Assembly (NCBI GenBank): GCA_000165425.1
Contig: CT868119.1
Coordinates: 310,001 to 374,000, forward strand
From: Paramecium tetraurelia
Taxonomy: Eukaryota
Length of the DNA: 64,000 bases
Direction of reading: 5' to 3'
Shown here: positions 26,346 through 41,147 of the stretch, in pieces
Layout: each line of letters begins with the position of its first letter
Position numbering within the stretch: position 1 is the first letter of the stretch
The notes under the pieces: generated by a model
What the model saw: the letters and a program-made list of their open reading frames with translations, nothing else
The model's database searches: none
What the model was told of the DNA's origin: nothing
Made by a program: the position numbers and the translations under genes

Positions 26346-28246
26346 TCATTATTAAATTATATATTCATTTAAATCAATCAAACAACCTTATTAAATTGAT
26401 TTGTATAGCCACTCGGCATGAATGATTTTAATATTAGGGTTTGAATTTAAAATAGCTTATGCAGTAGTCTTGAACATTATCTTCATAACAATCATGATAT
26501 CACAAAATTCTTTTTAAGTAATCTAGTCTTAAATTGAATATGGTTACTTTTCCTCCAAAGTTTTAGATCAACTATTCTAATCCAGACCTAAGATTTTAAT
26601 TGATCGTTTTTTATTAGGATGATTTGGGCTTTGAAAAATAAACATAAAAGTTGTAGGGGAATAATATTTCTATTTTAACAATGATATATGTACTTTTTTA
26701 CATGTTGTAAGTTAATTGAAAGGGATTAAAGGCTATCTCTTTTTTTAGATTTTGTTATTATTTGAGAATCCATTTTTAGGAAATAATTTTTGTTTATTTA
26801 TTTAAGCAACAACAACAGAAAACCAGATCATAGATTAGCTTGTCTTCATTAATAATAAGAATATCACACTTAATTTTCATATCTTCTTCTGTAACCAATT
26901 GATACTAATCGCTTTATTATTAGTGAAATTTACTTCGAATTTATATGTTCAAATAAGTTCAACATGTTACAATCACATGATTTGTGTATGGCCAGAGTGA
27001 ATTTTTAGTCAATTTATTATTGTTTTGATTTTAAGGCTTTAGAACTCTTCTTGGATAAGAATTATGAGTTGATCTTTTGAGACGCTTCTAATTACTCAGT
27101 ATCTAATTCTTCATGTATGAGATCTTATATATAAATACCTCTAATACTTTTGGAAGTCTGTTTGAAATTGGAAATGGGTACATGAGATTTATTAAACCCT
27201 TTGGCTATTTGTTGTAATTGATTTTTGTATAAACTAAAAATGTGTCTGGTTTTAAATTCGTTGACTTCTTCCTCTTCTTCATCCTAAATCTATTGATTTG
27301 ATTATTTTCCTTTCTTTATATGAACTCTCTATATAAGTTTATAACTGTACTTCTTTTTTGAGCAATTCTTATATCTCTTGGGGAGTTAATTCGATGATTG
27401 GGAAATTTGAAGCATCAACTTCCCTCTTTTTTGTTAGACATCTAGAAATAGCTTTTATATTTACTCATTTACCCACATAGGATTGACTATCTTAATATTC
27501 CATTCCTTAGCCTTCTCTAGTGTACTCAAAAAACCATCTACAATTTCAATTAGAAATTACATTGCCAAATCAGATAGTGAGTATGTTTACTTAATTTTTT
27601 TACTATTGAGGCACCCAAAGCATAAAGTATCTCATCTTCACAATCAGATTGATTGCGATCATTCTGCTGGGGACCTGAATATATTTCAACATAAATTTTC
27701 TAAATTTGATAATAGAAAAGGTACTTTTTTTGCTAGACATTAAGTAATGTTATTGATCATAGTGATTTGAATTTGATTGTCACCTAATGTGATGGCACTA
27801 TGGGAGATTTTCCTTCCCGATTAGACAGCAGATGCAGATCTTCTGTAGGATTTCCTATTTTATTGTTCAGTATGCACAGATGATTGACGTTACTTTCCTT
27901 AATTCATAACATTTTTGTTACCTTCATCTTTAATGAGAAATTCGATAGTTCAAAATTATTATTAATATATATTCACTTATTATTAAAATGGTTAACTTAT
28001 TCCCAAAAACTCAGGAGTGTATTAACTATCCTAAAGAGAATGCATTTTTTGTCCATATTAAGGAATGACTATCTCTGGGGTACAAGATAATTATAACGAG
28101 TATTAATTTGGTATGTTATTGAACTGATTGTCACTCAAAATTTACTCCTACAATAATTATTAATCTTAAGATAAAGGTCTTATGTCATTCGAATGTGTAT
28201 CCAAATTTGATTCTTCTGTTGAAGGTAATTTGCAAATCTATCCCAT
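26346..28246 (-). CDS. Microcephalin (MCPH1)-like protein: one N-terminal BRCT plus C-terminal tandem BRCT; in-frame TGA at 27950-27952, alternative start 27907
   Basis: BRCT1 ILYALGASIVKKLSKHTHYLIW...KAKEWNIKIVNPMWVNECL...DASNFPI; BRCT2 ...KIISQKWI; BRCT3 LEQLIQNFGGK...IIHAEWLYKSI; multiple short introns. Confidence 0.72.
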
Positions 28247-28334
28247 CCGAACCTATTAATTTATATATATATATTAATATGTACCATCCTTTTTTCTAAT
28301 ATAAGATTCAGAAAATAAATAAATTGATAATATA

Positions 28335-30193
28335 TCATAGATCTCCTTAGTATATTGGTAGGATAGTCTGAAATTATTAAATTTGTGAGGATAACTAATT
28401 TGGTAAAAGTAGAGCACTCTGTTTTGTGGCGGTTTTTGGTGAATCAAGATTTCCAATGGATTCCCTTTTATTAATATATATATTACCATAGTGATTCTGT
28501 GTTTGAATATTTATTAACTGGAAATGTAGATTCGACTATTTCTAACTTTTATTTTGGTGGAAATAACACATCAATTGTCATTTTGAATGCATCATCTACA
28601 TGATAATAAATAATTACCTAACATTCTAGGTAATAACATTTTTAATATTCCACTTGATTCCTCAATACAAGGATTAGTATTAATTTCTATCAACCATGTC
28701 TTAAAATCTTGATCTATTATGAAGTCATATCCAAAAATTTCCATACAAAATTTCCTTTAATGAAGGTTTAGCTTTCTCTTCACTGATTGCATAGACATCC
28801 AAACTAGTTATTTCATCTTGGTAACATTATTTTATTAAAAATCAATGTTGAATCCTTATTGATTAAGATAATTTTAAAAATCATCGAATGACAATTGATT
28901 TCCATCTTCAAACTCTCCATATTTTTCAGAGTATTTTTAAATGGCATTATTGGTCAAATGAATAAATTAGTTACTTACATCTTCAGTGTTATAATTCTCA
29001 CAAGAAGTACGAATGTAACCTTCTTTGAAAAAATAACAATGAAGATCTTAGGTAACTAATACCCATACTCTAATGTCAAATTTCCTTTGATTGATAAGAA
29101 ATGGTTATTCTATATACTTCTGAATTACAAAGGAATTAGCCTTGATATTATTATTTTTTTTGTTATTTTTTGGATCTTCATCTTCTACAGTTTAATGTCC
29201 TTCCTGGTATTCACAAATGAGTGATATTATAGTATCTAAATCATTAACGACATGAATCCCTTGTCCTCTGTTCAAAAAGGTGGGTTTCAATAGCCATAAA
29301 TATTAATTGCCACTCTATGTTTTTGGTATTCTAATGGGAATTGGCTATATTTTCTTATCATTCATAGGTTAGACTGGAATCTGTTTTATTATACAATGAT
29401 ACTTTTAATTTCTTTTTATATTCCACTAATTTTTTTGCCATTTGATCAATCTTCTTGGGAGCATACTTATCAAAGAATTTGACAAATTATGTAAATTGCT
29501 AGTCAACAGAGTCATCTTTAAAATCTAACACAAATGTTATCGGAACTGAATCATATACACTTTATTTGTTTTGCTAAACATCGATTAATAATAATATAAT
29601 ACTTCAGAATATGAGCAGAGATTTCTAAACAAATATTATTTGTTACTTAGTTCTGGATGATTTTCAAAATGATTAACCATCTATTTGTATTAATTATTCA
29701 AGATCAATCTATCATATTTGTAACCTCTATTCCATTATTGCCATCTAAAATTAACAAACATCGATGAATTATCCTTAGTTTGCTACCAATCGACTCTGGT
29801 ATCCATAATTCTTTATACTAATTCATGGTTGTTTCCCAATCCCAAATTGTATTTATATTCATTCGATTACTCAATTATTTTTATTGATTTCTCTTTCTGT
29901 CTATGAGTATGTTGATCAGAAGAGAACTTCATTTGTTTTGCAATCAATATCATAGAGGATTGAACAGCTACAGGGTTTCTATAAACTCCTGATTGAGATT
30001 GAACTTTATTGTTAAGGTACTTAAGAAACCTATCAGGAGATGTCGGTTTCTCATCTGGACTGTTTAATTGTTTATACTTAGGCATACTGTAAGCCTGTAC
30101 TTTATGGCCTTGCAATTTTGGGAGTCTAACTTCTTAACGATAATTCATATGAAATCCTGATCCACTCACTGATAAAAACATTTAATTTTGCAT
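28335..30193 (-). CDS. Tubulin-tyrosine-ligase-like (TTLL) enzyme, possibly glycylase clade
   Basis: VNHFENHPELSNK, WLLKPTFLNRGQGI, VIQKYIEQPFLINQRKFDIRVWVLVT, HLTNNAIQK, EIFGYDF, WLIEINTNP. Confidence 0.9.
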
Positions 30194-30208
30194 ATTTATA
30201 TTTATTTC

Positions 30209-31876
30209 ATGTATCAACCAGCAGATAGAGAAAAGATTGAACTATACATCTCAGCTCGTAAGCTAGCAAATAAGGATGTCATTTCAGACAGTGATCCAAA
30301 ATGCAAGATATTTTTGAGAGATTTTAATGGAGTCGAAAAATAAGTTGGTCAGACTGAGGTTTTAAAAAATAATCTCAATCCTGATTGGAAAGTAATTATA
30401 TACCATATTAGACAACCATTTAAATGGATTTCATATTTGAAATTAAACAGGAGCTTAGATTTGAAGTCTGGGACCATGATGATGGAAGCATTGATAAAGA
30501 TGATTTAATTGGCGTTGTTAATGTATCTTCTATTGTCTAAATATTTTAAGACTACAGTTGGTGAGATAATGGGATCAAGAAATTAAGTTTATAGTGGCCA
30601 ATTAAAATTGAAGAATAAGGCCACTGGAACATTACTTATTAAGGGGGATAAATTGAGAGATGACAATAGATACATATTTTGGTAATGGGAAGGGAAAAAA
30701 ATAAAGAATGTAGATGGTTGGTTTGGAAATTCAGATCCGTTCTTGAGATTTTATAAGCAATCTGGGAATGATTGGTTGTTTGTACATGAAACAGAGTTCT
30801 GTAAAAATAACGAAAACCCACATTGGAAAGCTTTTGAAATTTCTATGGCTAAATTAAATGGTGGACACACATAATAATAAATAAAGGTTGAATGTTGGGA
30901 CAACCAAGTAGATGGTAAACATTAATTTATTGGTGAAACTTTTTTCACAACTCATTAAATTGAAAATGAACTCAAAAAGGAATTTATATCACTATCGAAA
31001 AAAGGAGTATCATATATATATTAATTAAATAGACTAATCATGGTACATTTGTATTAACTTAATTTAATGTGTTTATAAAGCCATCCTTCATTGATTATAT
31101 AAAGGGAGGAGAACAAATTAATTTGATGATAGCTGTTGATTTCACAGGTTCCAATGGAGATCCAAAATCAGCCAATTCTCTACATTACAATAGCCCGCAT
31201 CAAATGAATCAATATCAGTCTGCTCTTCATCAAGTTTCAGAGATCTTATTAAATTATGATTTTGATAAGAAGATACCTATGTACGGATTTGGAGGTGTCC
31301 CTCACTTTCCCAATTATTCAAAGAATGAAGCTGATCATTGGTATTGATGCGTTATATAATCATAGTTTTCCTTTGACAGGCAGTTTCCAATAACCAGAAG
31401 TTATCGGACTGGAAGGAATTATGGCATAATATAGTGGGGCTCTATAACATGTCACTTTATCAGGCCCAACGTATTTCGCTCCTATAATTTAATATGCTTG
31501 TTAGACAGCTTAATAAAATGTGAATCATAATATTTATTCGGTTTTAATGATATTGACAGACGGAGAAATTCATGACATGAATTAAACTATTCAATTAATT
31601 AAAGGAGCAGCACGAATTCCACTTTCAATAATTATCATAGGAGTTGGAGATGAGCAATTTTAACAGATGAGAACACTAGATGGGGATAATGGTCCATTAA
31701 AAGGTTCTTCTGCAAGAGATTTGGTTTAATTTGTTCCATTTAGAGACTTCAAGTAAACAGGAGAATTGGCAAAGGAAGTTTTAGCAGAACTGCCAAATCA
31801 ATTAGTTACCTACAAATAACTGTTGGGACTGTAACCATTAAAGGCTCCAGATGTTCATCTTAGTTAAATGATGTGA
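30209..31876 (+). CDS. Copine (C2A-C2B-VWA), tandem copy 1
   Basis: KDVISDSDP, NNLNPDW, DGWFGNSDPF, AVDFTGSNGDP, SGPTYF, ILTDGEIHD, SIIIIGVG, RDLVQFVPF. Confidence 0.95.
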
Positions 31877-32035
31877 AAAATTATCAAATACAAAACAAAT
31901 AGAATAATAGATTTATATTATATATCATAAAGTTAATCGAAATTTCTCCATTATTCAAATAAATAAGTTCTTAAATTGTTTTGAGTTTAAATTTATATTT
32001 AATTTACACTGATATATGTGATTATTATTATTTTT

Positions 32036-33742
32036 ATGTAATAACAAGTACACAATAAAGATAGAGAAAAAATAGAGTTGTATTTTTCAGGCAGAGGGTT
32101 AGCTGACAAGGATGTATTGTCTTAAAGTGATCCTTAATGCTATATCTATCTGAAGGAAGGATAGCAAGGATAGGAACGCTTAATTGGCAAAACCGAAGTT
32201 AAAGATAACAATCTCAATCCTGATTGGAAGGTATCATTATTTTAATGATTCTAGACATCAGTTGTATTGGACTTTATATTTGAAATCAATCAGTTTTTGA
32301 GGATTGTTGTCATGGATCATGATGGGAAGAATGTTGAAAATGATGACATTATAGGTTCTTTAAATGTACTATTTAAATATGAAATTCAATTAGACAACTA
32401 TTGGAGCAGTAATGGGATCCAAAAATCAAATATATATAGGATAACTAACTCATAATAATAAAAAGACAGGCAGATTGATTATTAAAGCTGATAAAAGAAA
32501 GGATATTGGAGAAGAGAATTAAATGATTTATTGGTAATGGAATGCCACTAAAGTTAAAAATATGGATGGCTGGTTTGGTGTTTCTGATCCATTTCTGAGA
32601 TTTCTAAAGTGGCATTAAAATAGTGATTGGCTATTAGTACATGAAACGGAATTTATCAAGAACAATGAAAATCCAACATGGAAACCATTTGAAATACCTC
32701 ATGATAAATTGCATGATGAGAATCCCTAATAACCATTTAAAATTGAACTTTGGGATAACTAAACAAATGGAAAACATTAGTTCATTGGAGCAATTGAAGT
32801 TACAATCGAATAAATAATCTTTAAGGAAATCTATTAATTTGTAGTTAAGACACCAAAAGGAGTAACTTTCTTTCTATTATTATTTAGGATCTTGGTGGAA
32901 ATTTAGGAGTGAAATTTATTGATAAAAAGACTTTTGATCTTTAAATGAAAGATAAGCATACATTTATTGATTATTTAAAAGGAGGAGATTAAATTAATCT
33001 AATTATAGCTATTGATTTTACAGGTTCTAATGGCAATCCCTCATCTCCTGGTTCTTTACATTATAATGACCCTGAACATTTAAATTAATATTAAAATGCG
33101 TTAAAATAAGTGGCTGAAATTTTATTAAATTATGATTATGATAAGAAGGTGCCACTTTATGGATTTGGTGGAGTACCATCATTGCCTAATTTTAAAAAAA
33201 GTAGTGTAGAACATTGGTAAATAATAATTTTTATCGATAGCTTTCCTCTAAATGGCAATAAATCTGACCCTGAAGTATATGGATTGGATGGCATAATGAG
33301 TACATATTCAAATGCTCTTAATCATATTGATTTAAGTGGCCCAACTATATTTGGCCCAGTTATAGAAAATGCTATTGAAATTTCAAAGGCCAATCTTAAA
33401 AAAGATATTTATTCAGTTTTACTTATAATGACAGATGGACAAATAGAAGATATGAATCATTGCTTAAACCTTATTAAAAAAGCTTATCGATTACCTTTAT
33501 CAATTATCATAGTTGGAGTTGGCAATGCTAATTTTAATATGATGGAAAAATTAGACGGGGATGATGCTTAACATGAAAGAGATCTTGTTTAGTTTGTTCC
33601 TTTTATTATACATTCTCAATAGCCAGGTGATTTAGCAAAAGAACTTTTAGCCGAGTTACCTGATTAATTTTTGATATTCAAAAAATTGATTGGTAAGAAT
33701 CCAAATCCATCTAAAGATATTGATTTAAGTTAAATTAATTGA
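32036..33742 (+). CDS. Copine (C2A-C2B-VWA), tandem copy 2
   Basis: Same motifs as copy 1 ([41 protein letters not shown]) with equivalent intron positions. Confidence 0.95.
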
Positions 33743-33900
33743 TTTATTTTACATATTATAAAATAATTGTATATTGAAAAAAATATATGATTATATTATT
33801 TATATAAAATGGAAAAGATTAAAAAATTTAAACATTTAGATTTTCTTATAATTATTTGTTATTAAATTTTTGAAATAATAAATATAGGAAATAACAAATG

Positions 33901-36022
33901 TCATATAAAATCTTATTATTAAGTTACTAGTTAAGACTATACTATTTATGCTAATTTACAACTATCTTATTGTAGTAGATTATTTTAAGAATTTTGTAAT
34001 GAATTGCTAATTGGATTCATTTATCTTTGTAATAAAAAGCTAATCGAAGATCCTGCTTGATTGTTCTCAAAATGCACAGTCTTAAATTATAATTTGGGAT
34101 TTTTGGACATGTAAGGTAACAACTTTTATACTATAAATATCCCTAATTTGCCTTCTTTTACTCCTTTAAAATATTAAGAATCATATACTTTTGTAATCTA
34201 ATGGTTGAGGAAATCCACTTGCCTTATCATAAATTTCAAATTTTATATCATCATTCGCTATTTGACTAATTTGTATTTACACCATGTTTGAGATATCTGG
34301 TTTTTTGTATGATTTGATGCTATTAACTAACAAATTGACCACAATCTATCGAAGATATCTGACATCAGTAGTAATCATCTTATTGATCAAATCATCTGAT
34401 ACGATAATGTCTATGCTTTTTTCGACCACTGTTGTATCCTGAATGAATTTGGTTTTGATTGCTTTTAAAAATTTGATTAAATTAAATTGATCTTATCTTG
34501 GAGAAGCCAAACCATCGCAGAGAAAATAGTAAAAATTATGAATCGACACATTTAACATGTACAATTACAGTTATGCTTAACTAAACAGCTTGTTCTCTTT
34601 CATTTAAGGACTGAGCAGATTGTTAAACTTCTATTCCAAATTCTCAATCATTTGAATTAATTTATTAAGCTACTTTTGGGTGACTTCTATTTTGTATCCA
34701 TTTTAAACATTATTCGCACAGGTTTTAATATTCTCTATAGTCTCATCCTCCATTTATATGATTAGACCTTAAGTCCAATAATTAAACTGTATCTTCTTAT
34801 AAAAAGCTTTATCAAATTGAATAATTCCATATAAAGGTTTTTTTGTGGATACTTGGCTATTGTTTTCGGGAGTTTTAGCAATGAAGTTATCCAAATTTTT
34901 CATCACAGATCCAGATAAGAATTCTCTATCAATGTACTTAAGTAATATAAGCAAATATACCTATAAAGAACTATTGTTTAAATTTAATGTATTCCCCTTT
35001 TATAAATTTGCCTCGCTTTTCTAAACGGACTGTAATCTGGATCTCTATTCATTCTGTGGAGACACTAACTTTTGTAATTATTGGTCATCATTAATGTCTT
35101 TTTATGATTTCCTTCTTTGTATTACTGCGCTATACTTTTCATCAATAATTTAATCTTTTATATATGAATATAGATTGGTTGACATATTGACAAACATATT
35201 GTTTGTTAAGATATACTCGCTTTCGTAAGGAATATTAAACAATTAAATCTTTTTCAAATATTCTTCAATTGTTAAAGTTTTCTCTTTTAAAATTTACATA
35301 AGAGATGAACTCATTTTTTCAATTACAACTTCGTTATTTCGATAAGAAACAAAGATATACTGTTATTCGATAAATTTTTCCCACATACTCTATGGATTTT
35401 GAGGAGGATATTATGATTAAATAGGGAGGCTGACTCTTCTTTGAACAATTGTCTTGCTTTATTCGATTTATAGGGGTTAGTTTTTGTTATTCGATAGGAG
35501 AAATTCATATGAACATACTATAAGGATCATAATTGCTGCGATGATCAAATATTCAATATGATTGGTCATATGTTTGAATATAATAAGGACAATGAAAATA
35601 AGTAAAAGGGCAATAGCCTAAAGAAGAATTTTGATGTTAAGGAATTGTCTTTTCTCATTTTTTTCATTTGATTTCAATTTTTATAGTTGGAGCATGTTTC
35701 CAAAGAGTAAACTAAGTAGATTTTCTGATAAATTATCATTACTCAAATACAATAGGCTTGCAAATTATAAAAGCAATAATATCGTAAAAAACATTGGAGA
35801 ATGATCGATTTCTATAAAGATTGATATTGAGATATATTTACACTATATGTTCTAATTAGTTTTTCTAATGGCTGCAAGACTAAAAATTATTCCGAAAACT
35901 AAAAAAATGATTTGAGGAATTAGTAAATTGAATATTTAGCCTCTAAGTTGCAGGTAAATGATACAGAAAATCGAGAACAGAACATTCAGAATCTGTGGAA
36001 GTGCTAATTTTATTATTTACAT
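33901..36022 (-). CDS. Multi-TM protein with degenerate histidine-kinase-like ATPase (HATPase_c) domain
   Basis: About 170 aa hydrophobic N-terminus; C-terminal TDVRYLRQIVVNLLVNSIK (N box), FEIYDKASGF (G1-like), GKLGIFIVQKLL (G2-like), GSSISF. The exact 3' splice and stop are uncertain. Confidence 0.7.
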
Positions 36023-36147
36023 AATTTAAATTAAATATTAATTAATAAAACTTTGATACTTTAAAACCTTGCATTCAATTGCTTAAATGAAAGACTTTTT
36101 AAAGATACCACTTGATTGAATATATTTTAAAACTAATCTAATATTTA

Positions 36148-37258
36148 TCATGTATTTGAATTCTATAAGAAGACAACAATGACAGTAATATCATCAACTC
36201 CTTCACTGAACTTTTTCCATTTAGTTTTAGATTCCTAAATCAATTTCTGACAAGCTCCTTGTGGATCATTATTCAAATAGTATTGATGTGTTATTTCTGC
36301 TATCTTTATGATACTTTTAATACTTGATTATTGTCTAAAAATTCCCATAATCCATCTGAACCAATAATTATAAATAAATCATCTCTGGTTATCTGATGCT
36401 GTTTGATATCTGAGATATAAGAATTAAATACCTGGAACATGAGAGACTCCAACTTGTTCAGCTATTTAATCTCCTATGCTTCTGGACATAGCCAAACCAG
36501 GAAATGACGCTCCTTTAATATAAACTCTGGATGGCCCTACAGATTGTCCATTTTATAGTTTATAAGTATTAACAGCTCCACCTTAATTTTCTATTCTTTT
36601 TTTCTCCTTCAACAAGTGAGGTTTATGATCAATAGAGAGTTCAGTTGTAATTAATTTATCTTGTTGTTTAGAACATAGCATTGCTCTTGAATCTCCTACC
36701 CAAGCACAATGAATCACTTAGTCTCTAATAACTATCAAAGTAGCAGTTGTACCAGACATAAGTGAATCAAAATGAGAATGAGAAGCAACATTTGAATGAG
36801 CACTTGCAAATAGCTTGACAAAATCAATCGTTTTAAATTCCTTAATTGCATATTCTAAATTATAATATATTGTGTATACACTAAAAATAATCCCTAACAA
36901 ATGTGCTTATTTAATCACCGTCAGTTCCATGTCCATCCATAACAGCAAAAATTCCTTATTCATCATCTATAATTTCAGCAAACTCTCTATCTTAATTGGT
37001 TTTTTCACAAAACCCATCAAATCCAGCCTTTGATAAGGATCCATAATAGAGTTAAATTTCAACCTTAGGGATTTTGGAGTTAATGATTCTCCTAGATTTT
37101 TATTGTAATGGTGGCTTTTTGAATGTTTTTTAAGAGATTTGTTTATCCATCAATTAAGGTAATTTGCATTTTTGGTCTGTGTTTGTTTATTCTCTACTTG
37201 TCTATCTTCGATTCTCTGACTTGGATCTAATTGTCTAATGAATATTAACTAATTTCAT
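36148..37258 (-). CDS. Protein phosphatase 2C (PPM family)
   Basis: KTNQDR, FAVMDGHG, SGTTAT, WVGDSRA, DHKP, PGLAMSRSIGD, GSDGLWE, DDITVIVV. Confidence 0.93.
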
Positions 37259-37267
37259 TATTAAAAT

Positions 37268-39210
<1,943 letters not shown>

Positions 39211-39266
39211 TTTGGTGTTTTAAATAAAACATACTAATTTTTTTGTTTAATTATTAAATAATACAA

Positions 39267-39867
39267 ATGTTTTATGTAGTAAAGGGACTCAAAACTAAAT
39301 TGTCAATAGAGCCAAACTATTTAGATCAATTAAAAGATTAGAAGTTCATTTTAGAATAAATTGTATAGAAATTAGAAGGGAAGTACTTCGATGATGTAGG
39401 GTACATCATTTGTATAAATAAATGCATGAATTACAATTAAAATTAGGATGAATAAATTGATGCATTAATTGAAGAGGATGGAACCGTTAAAGTGGTGGTA
39501 TAAATTCATTCCATATCAGATTAAATTTGAAGCCATAGTATTTAAAGTGTAGGAAAAGGAAATAGTCGATGTTGAAGTGATCAAATGTGAAGCCTAAGCA
39601 GTCTATGCAAAATTGGGGCCTATTGATTTTATCATTCCAAGAGATAAATTACCTACTAATTACACCTTTTCTAATGTATATTTATCATTGTTAACTCAGG
39701 AATCCTATAAAGATTAAGACGAAGAAGTCATTAAATAAGGTACTAAATTAAGAGTCCAAGTTCAAAAAACACATTACAAACAGGGCAAATTAAGAGCATT
39801 TGCTCATCTAACTGGTGACAATTTAGACAATATTTGTGGCATACTAAGTGATGATCTGAAGTTATGA
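39267..39867 (+). CDS. RPB7: RNA polymerase subunit Rpb7/RpoE family, divergent
   Basis: MFYVV...LEGKYFDDVGYIIC, IKFEAIVFK, EIVDVEV, AKLGPIDFII, IKQGTKLRV (SHS2 plus S1 layout); two short introns. Confidence 0.8.
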
Positions 39868-39888
39868 TATATATATATATATAATTTA

Positions 39889-40632
39889 ATGTAAGAGTTA
39901 ATTAACAAATTATTCATGATAGTAAAAATTACTCATCTATCTTGTAGTTATGTGAAGACGAACAATCAAAGTAGAAATATCAAAGAAATAACAATACTTA
40001 AGATTAGTTAAAGCAAATCACAGAAATTGTGATTAAAAAATAATAGGAATTTTTGGGATTAGAAAAACAATTATAGAAGTATGAATCAGAAGTTAGACAG
40101 AATATTAGAGTATAGTTTATAATGACATCATTAGGATCAATATTTAATGTAATAGTAGTGCGATGATTTAAAATCGAGAATCGAAGAATTAGAGAGTAGC
40201 AGAACTGAATTTTTAAATAATACAAAGAATATCATTATTGTAATTCTTCTATGTTATGTTTATAGAAATTTAAAAGAGAGAATGAAGAATTATATTAGAA
40301 ATGCAAATCCTTAACTGCTTAATTATAAAAAATTGATAATTAGGTATTAAATTTACTATTAAATTTAGTCAATTAGCAAATACTCAACCATAGATAATAC
40401 TGTAATGACCAACCTGACAAATATAGTTGATTAGAAAAAACCAAATAAGAAAACCAACACTACTCCTTAAAAACTAAAAACTGATTTCGATGTATCAGAA
40501 AAACGATTAAGTTAACCAATTTTCAAGCCCAATTATTTTTAAAAGAAATAATCTATACAAATTAGTATATAAAATAAAAAAAAGTCATTCTAGTAGTTAG
40601 AAAACTATTTGAATGTAACGACAAGTATGTGA
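39889..40632 (+). CDS. Hypothetical coiled-coil protein
   Basis: Spliced frame with LEKQLQKYESEVRQNIR...LKSRIEELE; several short introns; TGA at 40630-40632. Confidence 0.55.
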
Positions 40633-40737
40633 ATAATATATTTATAATATCAATTCTACTTTTAATTATGTTATTTTGAATGCTATATAGCTTTTTGAAT
40701 ATGAGCATTATATTATTTTTGGGATTGCTTAATGTTC

Positions 40738-41147
40738 TCATTTAATTCGTCTCTCTATTATAAATTTTATTCTGCAGATGGAATTTAAGTAATTTATTGT
40801 TTATCTTCTTCCTTTTGGTGAGTTTTCTTTTTATTATCTTCAAGAATCACTTGATGATTGGTTTGTTTCTTCTATTTTTAAACGAATGATAAAAACTGTT
40901 AAGAATGTGCTCCTGATCTCATCAATATCAAGTTAATATAATAATCTCTTGAGAAGGATGAAATCTTACTATCATCCATGTCCTATTTGATTTCTGAAAG
41001 TTCCTTAATTAAGCCTTTAACTTCTTCAATTGAATTAAATTGTCCTGTTCCGAATAAATAGCCAACAAGATAATGATCAATGAGTAGTCCTTGTCCTTTA
41101 GATTATGATTACTAAATTTCACATAAAAGTTGTTTAATAATTTCCAT
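40738..41147 (-). CDS. Hypothetical protein (~135 aa) or gene fragment
   Basis: Frame MEIIKQLLCEIQQSQSKGQGLLIDHYLVGYLFGTG... with TAR=Gln; no motif recognised; exon structure and 3' end uncertain. Confidence 0.35.

Noticed and set aside
26580..26830. Apparent frameshifts in the C-terminal BRCT region
   Set aside because: Careful recounting with the predicted introns shows one continuous frame.
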